Origin: Pseudomonas phage Pa_WF01 | Sequence record: OQ848593.1 | Strand: one strand, 5' to 3' | DNA: 64,000 nt | Shown here: one piece after another, positions 59,715 through 64,000 of the stretch | Layout of the letters: the number at the start of each line of letters is the position of its first letter | Position numbering within the stretch: the first letter of the stretch is position 1 | Program-made: the position numbers and the translations under genes | Notes under the pieces: generated by a model | Told to the model about the DNA's origin: nothing | The model's database searches: none | Seen by the model: the letters and a program-made list of their open reading frames with translations, nothing else

Positions 59715-61886
59715 TCAGTTGCCGTTGGCCCCGGCTTTCTTGGCTACAGAGACCATGATGGTGGAAGCGATCTCGATCTCCGTCAGCTTGTCAGCCATCT
59801 TCGAGTTGAGTTCGTTCACCTTGCCGTGGATTGCGTTGACGCTGAAGCCAGCATCCAGAAGGATCATCGCGTAGCGGAGCAACATGTTGTTCCTGTTGCC
59901 GTCGCCGGTGTTGTTGATTACCCAACGCTCCAGCTTGTCCATGGACGCTTGGTCCTTCAGGTTACGCCGACGTTCTTCATCCTTGGTGGTCTTCGGAATG
60001 AAGGGCAGTGCGTCGAACAACTCACCGTCCAGATACTCGTAGTGACCGGCGTGAGACAGCCACTTGCGAGCACGCTGACCGACGCCATCGTCCACCTCGA
60101 AAGGCAGGGATTCGATGACGGCGTTGTAGAACTCCTTGTACTCCTTGGCGTCCATCTTCAGGGTGTAGTTCAGCGGCAGGATGATACGGAAGCGATCACC
60201 GTTGCCGTCCGTCTGATGGCGTTTCGTGGTGTACAGAAGAGCCTTGTAGCCCTTCAGGAATTCCTTGGCCGTGGACAGCTTGCACCCATGGTCAATGTCG
60301 ATCACCAGCAGGTTGAAACCAACCCGGCAGTTCTCTTCATTGCGGTGACCCTTACGCTCTTCTCCACCATTGAGGTGGTGGTTGATCCAGTGGATGCCAT
60401 TGGCTTGGGTCATCTTCCACAGGTCATCCCAAGTAGCGAGATCGTTGAAGTAGCCGTACGCGATGTCCTGCGAGTAGGCCACGATCATGCTCTTGTCATG
60501 GATGTCGGTGGCTTGGAGTGCTTCCCCACGGAGGAACATGATGTCCTGCTCGTAGGTCTTCTTGATGATGATGTTGTTCTTGTAGCCCCAGGCAGTAGCC
60601 ATCACCAGCATGTCGTCTTTCTGCTGACGTGAGCCACGGTAGAACGGGAGATCTTCATCCAGTTCAGCCACGGTGGTTTCCGCGTTGGTGGCAGCCAGGT
60701 ACTTCGCCAGCTTCACGTAGGGACGATCCCTGGTCATGAGCATGTCGAAGCACTCACCCGATTCCTCGGCAACCTTGATGGCCGCATAGAGGTGATCCAT
60801 GGTGAGTACCGGCGAGTCGTCCACGAAAGCATAGGCACCTGCCAGCTTGAGAGCCTTGAAGTACCGGTGCGTCACTTCTGCTTTCTTGGCTTCCTGGTGT
60901 TCCGGTAAGCCTGCTGCGATCTTCTCGCACTTGAGCTTGTACTCGATGGACAGCAGAGCGGTGTCCTTGTCCATGGTGAGCACGCGACGCATGTTGCTTG
61001 CGTCTGCCAGACGTTCCAGATCATCGCAGAGATCTTCGATGAAGGTAGAGGTGGAGTTCTTCGTCATGAGGTCGTAGACCTCTTCTGGAGTCATGTCCAC
61101 CTTCTTGCCTTCACCAGCCATACCGAAGAAACAGCGTCGAGCATAGCCAGTCTCCAACAACTCCATCAGCTGGTCCTCGGTCTTGCCGCCGTCCAGCAGC
61201 TTACCGGGAGTACCGAAAGCCATGAGGTTGGTGGGAGTGCGGCCGATGATCTCTTCGCCTCTAAGGTTGTCGTTGGTGTTCTTGACCAGTTTCTGCTTGA
61301 CCGAACCCACGTCGAACAGTTCAAGGAACGTCGGCATGATCTCGGTCATGGCAGGCAGGTTCAAGCCAATCTCATCGACGACGAGGTTGACTGCACCAGC
61401 ATTGGCCATCAGCAGCTTGTGACGCATCTGCTTGACGGCTGGGCCAGTGCCCGAGTCGAAGTCGTACAGCAGGGGGCCGAGAGACTTGAACTCCTTACGG
61501 ACAGCTTCCTGCTCGTCGGGCAGTTCGGACCCCTTTCGGATGTGGCGCTTGAACGCCAGATCGTCGAGGTGCTTCTCGGCTGCGGTGTCGAAGGTTTCCA
61601 TGAACCGATGGCGGAAGCCATAGGTAATCTGGTCCTCCATCACCTTCGTGGAGAAACCCTTACCTGCACCCGAAGGCATCAGGTTGAGGGCGTACATGTT
61701 GACCGGAATCTCGCCGCGTTCGTGAGTCTTGATGTGGCAACGCATGTGCGCTGCCATCATCGAGAACTGGAAGCCAACCAAGATCCTGAAGAACTTGTGG
61801 TTCTTGGATTGGGTCTTCTCGCACAGAATTTCGACGATGCGTTCCGAGGTCGGGTGGTGTTGCATTTCCTCGTACTTGAGCATCAC
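59715..61886 (-). CDS. DNA primase with N-terminal P-loop ATPase domain
   Basis: 723 aa. N-terminal Walker A LMPSGAGKG and Walker B LVVDEIG. C-terminal primase-like LLVIDIDHG..ALLYTTKRHQ..DRFRIILPLN. Confidence 0.6.
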   Translation of the reverse strand: MMLKYEEMQHHPTSERIVEILCEKTQSKNHKFFRILVGFQFSMMAAHMRCHIKTHERGEIPVNMYALNLMPSGAGKGFSTKVMEDQITYGFRHRFMETFDTAAEKHLDDLAFKRHIRKGSELPDEQEAVRKEFKSLGPLLYDFDSGTGPAVKQMRHKLLMANAGAVNLVVDEIGLNLPAMTEIMPTFLELFDVGSVKQKLVKNTNDNLRGEEIIGRTPTNLMAFGTPGKLLDGGKTEDQLMELLETGYARRCFFGMAGEGKKVDMTPEEVYDLMTKNSTSTFIEDLCDDLERLADASNMRRVLTMDKDTALLSIEYKLKCEKIAAGLPEHQEAKKAEVTHRYFKALKLAGAYAFVDDSPVLTMDHLYAAIKVAEESGECFDMLMTRDRPYVKLAKYLAATNAETTVAELDEDLPFYRGSRQQKDDMLVMATAWGYKNNIIIKKTYEQDIMFLRGEALQATDIHDKSMIVAYSQDIAYGYFNDLATWDDLWKMTQANGIHWINHHLNGGEERKGHRNEENCRVGFNLLVIDIDHGCKLSTAKEFLKGYKALLYTTKRHQTDGNGDRFRIILPLNYTLKMDAKEYKEFYNAVIESLPFEVDDGVGQRARKWLSHAGHYEYLDGELFDALPFIPKTTKDEERRRNLKDQASMDKLERWVINNTGDGNRNNMLLRYAMILLDAGFSVNAIHGKVNELNSKMADKLTEIEIASTIMVSVAKKAGANGN

Positions 61887-61897
61887 TTACTCCAGGT

Positions 61898-62908
61898 TTA
61901 TACGATGAGGTCGCCCTTGGCGATGAGCATGTCCTTCTGCGTACACAGTAGGTATGCCGGGCAGTAGAGACAGGCTTTCACTTGGCCAGGGATGGTCTTC
62001 ACTACGCCAACGTTCCCGTCCTTGGCACGGTGAGCCATGGCTTCCGACAGGCTGTCGAAGTTCTTGGTGCTGCGAGCACCCTTCTGGTCAGCCTTGGCGG
62101 GGTCACGATAGTACTTGTACACCGGCTGGCTACGCCATAGCTCTTCGTCGCTGCACAGGGGCAGATCCGATTCAGGGGTATCCTTGAGGGACATCAACCA
62201 CTTCACCCTGTTGGTGATCCACTCTTCCGTCTCGGCGATGGGCATCAGGTTGAATACCTTCGAAGCCACACGGCTCTGAGGGTAGTCCTTGTTCTGCTTC
62301 GCCATGAACTTCTGCCAATCCGTGAAGATGAAGTGGATTCGCATGGTGTCCTTGGTGATCAGCCCAGGATTGAGCGCACGGTAGATCGATCCTTGCAGGA
62401 TGTAGTCGTTGTCCTTCGAGTCCTTGATGTAGCTGAAGGTGGTAGTGGACTTGAAGTCTTCCACCTGGCCGTCTGCTACGAAGTCGTACTTGCCGGATAC
62501 CATTACTCCTGCGTACTCCTTCTTGGATCTCTGCTCCATGTAGACGGTGATAGCAGGCTGCTCGTTGGCTTCGTTGAACGCCTTGAGTTCCGCCTCGGTG
62601 GGATTCACCAGCACACGTTTAGCAACGCTTGCAGGGATGCCTAGGGCATCCAGTGCCCGGTCCTTGTTCACGGTCCAAGCCTTCTCGATGGAGTCGTGAA
62701 TCGCCGCTCCCATGCGGTTGGCGATCATGCCCTCGATATCGGCCATGGAGTCGGATGGCTTGATCCGACGAGCCAGTACAACCTGCCTGATTGGTTTCAG
62801 CAGGGTGGTGGCCGACAGCCCTGCTTCGCTGTAGTCGTAGTAGTCCGAAGCCAGCCATAAAGCCATGGCCATCGGGATACCCGTCTGGTTGGTGTAGATC
62901 TGGCCCAT
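61898..62908 (-). CDS. PD-(D/E)XK / Cas4-like exonuclease with C-terminal Cys cluster
   Basis: C-terminal CLYCPAYLLC. Start MGQIYT, preceded by GGAGAGGACGACTGAC; the ORF-track start is a TTG 30 nt upstream. Confidence 0.5.
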   Translation of the reverse strand: MGQIYTNQTGIPMAMALWLASDYYDYSEAGLSATTLLKPIRQVVLARRIKPSDSMADIEGMIANRMGAAIHDSIEKAWTVNKDRALDALGIPASVAKRVLVNPTEAELKAFNEANEQPAITVYMEQRSKKEYAGVMVSGKYDFVADGQVEDFKSTTTFSYIKDSKDNDYILQGSIYRALNPGLITKDTMRIHFIFTDWQKFMAKQNKDYPQSRVASKVFNLMPIAETEEWITNRVKWLMSLKDTPESDLPLCSDEELWRSQPVYKYYRDPAKADQKGARSTKNFDSLSEAMAHRAKDGNVGVVKTIPGQVKACLYCPAYLLCTQKDMLIAKGDLIV

Positions 62909-62909
62909 G

Positions 62910-63284
62910 TCAGTCGTCCTCTCCTGCGTTGTCTTCAAGCCAACGGTTGAGGGTATCCCTGGCTTCTTTCACGTCTTGCCAGAGGCTCTTGCCACCACTG
63001 CGTTGGCCGGGTGCCATCAGCTTCTTGCGAGCATGGTCCAGGGCACCGGACGGATCCAGTTCACCCAGGGGGAACAGCATGTTGATCCGGTACACGTCGA
63101 GGTACTTCCAGGTACGGGGGATCGGACGCTGGTAGCGGTTCAGGGGTGCAGCATCAAACTTAGCCACCCTTCCTTTGACCTTCATCGGCATCATCTGATG
63201 AAGCTTCTTGCAGTCCACGCAGGGCTGTCCCTGTGGGTGTTGTGCATTGCACACGGGATGAGGCGAGTCGAAAAAATCACTCAT
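62910..63284 (-). CDS. hypothetical zinc-binding protein
   Basis: Start MSDFFD overlaps the upstream stop (ATGA). Contains CNAQHPQGQPCVDC. Confidence 0.4.
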   Translation of the reverse strand: MSDFFDSPHPVCNAQHPQGQPCVDCKKLHQMMPMKVKGRVAKFDAAPLNRYQRPIPRTWKYLDVYRINMLFPLGELDPSGALDHARKKLMAPGQRSGGKSLWQDVKEARDTLNRWLEDNAGEDD

Positions 63285-63709
63285 TGGCTTGCTCCAAAGT
63301 ATCGGTTGAGGTGGAACACGGCTAGCTTGACTGCTGCCATGTAGCGAAGCGCTTGTCGCTTCTCCAAAGCCATGCCACCCATGAGCAGGTCGTAGCACAG
63401 CTGAGGTTCTTGTAGCAGGACGAACAGACGTGCAGCCGACAACGGCCTCTGGGAGCCCTCTGTGGCCGATGCGATGCCCGAGAGGATGTCCTCTACCCCT
63501 CGATCCGAAAACGCATCAGGAAGCCCCTGCAAGCGTTTTGCGTGGGGGTTGGTAAACCAACGAGTCCGTGGTCCTCCTATCGATCTACGATCCAAGCCAT
63601 GAAACCGGATGGTGTCAGTACGAGCCTTGCCCAGCTGAGCCAGGAGATTCGGCATGGAGTCGATGGGGAAGTCATTGAAGGGTACGTCCTCAGCGGTGAG
63701 TTTTTCCAT
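63281..63709 (-). CDS. hypothetical protein, first gene of this - strand transcription unit
   Basis: AACCAGGAGGTTTTC precedes the ATG. Confidence 0.5.
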   Translation of the reverse strand: MEKLTAEDVPFNDFPIDSMPNLLAQLGKARTDTIRFHGLDRRSIGGPRTRWFTNPHAKRLQGLPDAFSDRGVEDILSGIASATEGSQRPLSAARLFVLLQEPQLCYDLLMGGMALEKRQALRYMAAVKLAVFHLNRYFGASQ

Positions 63710-63747
63710 GAAAACCTCCTGGTTAAAAAATGACCACGAAAGTGTCT

Positions 63748-63762
63748 TATATATAATAGGGG
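63748..63762 (-). promoter_or_regulatory. TATATATAATA-GGGG motif ~40 nt upstream of the gene starting at 63709
   Basis: Related to the 28291 motif, with the same orientation relative to downstream genes. Confidence 0.4.
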
Positions 63763-63858
63763 ACTCTCACCCCTCTTCTTTCGAAGGGGTTCGCCCCTGG
63801 AAGGGGCCGTCCCAGGGCGACCACTAGCGCTCACCCTCCCCCTTCTCCATCCAGGGAA

Positions 63859-63931
63859 GGGGTCAGGTGAAGTGGTCGCCCGAGGAGCGAGCGCAGCGAG
63901 GCCCGCAAGGGATGACCCGTAACCTGACCCC
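63859..63931. promoter_or_regulatory. element C: 10-bp inverted repeat GGGGTCAGGT/ACCTGACCCC enclosing a 53-nt loop with GAGCGCAGCGAGG (63889..63901)
   Basis: Same architecture and orientation as element A. Lies upstream of the - strand unit starting at 63709. Confidence 0.55.
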
Positions 63932-63942
63932 TGACCGGGGGA

Positions 63943-63958
63943 AATTGAATATTCAATT
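63943..63958. repeat. perfect 16-bp AT-rich palindrome AATTGAATATTCAATT
   Basis: Direct reading; operator-like dyad. Confidence 0.6.
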
Positions 63959-64000
63959 ATTCCTTCCGCCTATCCACGCATCCACTCCCGTCTCGCTCTG

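Noticed and set aside
59694-60632. 312-aa + strand ORF
   Set aside because: Antisense to the primase gene.
63577-63834. 85-aa - strand ORF in the terminal non-coding region
   Set aside because: Pro/Arg/Ser-rich junk composition with no RBS. The region is better explained as a structured regulatory element.

Overview
This window is most of the genome of an N4-like (Schitoviridae-type) lytic podophage. GC content is roughly 55-58 %, which fits a Pseudomonas-type host, but nothing here was searched against a database.

The hallmark is a 3398-aa virion-packaged RNA polymerase gene on the + strand (44509..54705). It closes a + strand morphogenesis block (29615..54705) that contains small and large terminase, a portal protein, a highly acidic scaffold, the major capsid protein, and several coiled-coil or transmembrane virion proteins.

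Everything else is on the - strand, in three blocks:
- **Replication/middle block (1..17250):** rIIA/rIIB-like genes, an HNH endonuclease, dCMP deaminase, a family-A DNA polymerase, a Dda-like helicase, a MoxR-type AAA+ ATPase with a VWA/HExxH partner, and a minimal ClpX-like ATPase.
- **Split T7-like RNAP II (17304..21348):** the two subunit genes are separated by a ~2.1 kb low-GC island that carries a GIY-YIG homing endonuclease.
- **Early region (21360..29548):** a dense run of about 25 small genes, including a macro-like/SLOG-like pair and four consecutive small membrane proteins, followed by two large non-coding regions.
- **Second replication block (54721..63709):** SSB, an AAA_24-like ATPase, a P-loop-primase fusion, a Cas4-like nuclease, and a RuvC-like resolvase.

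There is no CRISPR array, no rRNA, and I found no convincing tRNA.

The observations most worth a second look are:
- Three orientation-conserved copies of GAGCG(C/G)AGCGAGG, each held in the loop of an inverted repeat.
- Identical GGA-loop hairpins that resemble N4 virion-RNAP promoter hairpins.
- An AT-rich TATATATWATA-GGGG motif upstream of two - strand transcription units.
- Low-GC morons inserted into conserved modules.
- Pervasive GTGA/ATGA stop-start coupling that uses GTG starts.

The supplied ORF track reports GTG/TTG starts as M. Where I moved a start, I did it by codon arithmetic from the ORF end plus inspection for a Shine-Dalgarno sequence. Coordinates of small elements may be off by 1-3 nt.
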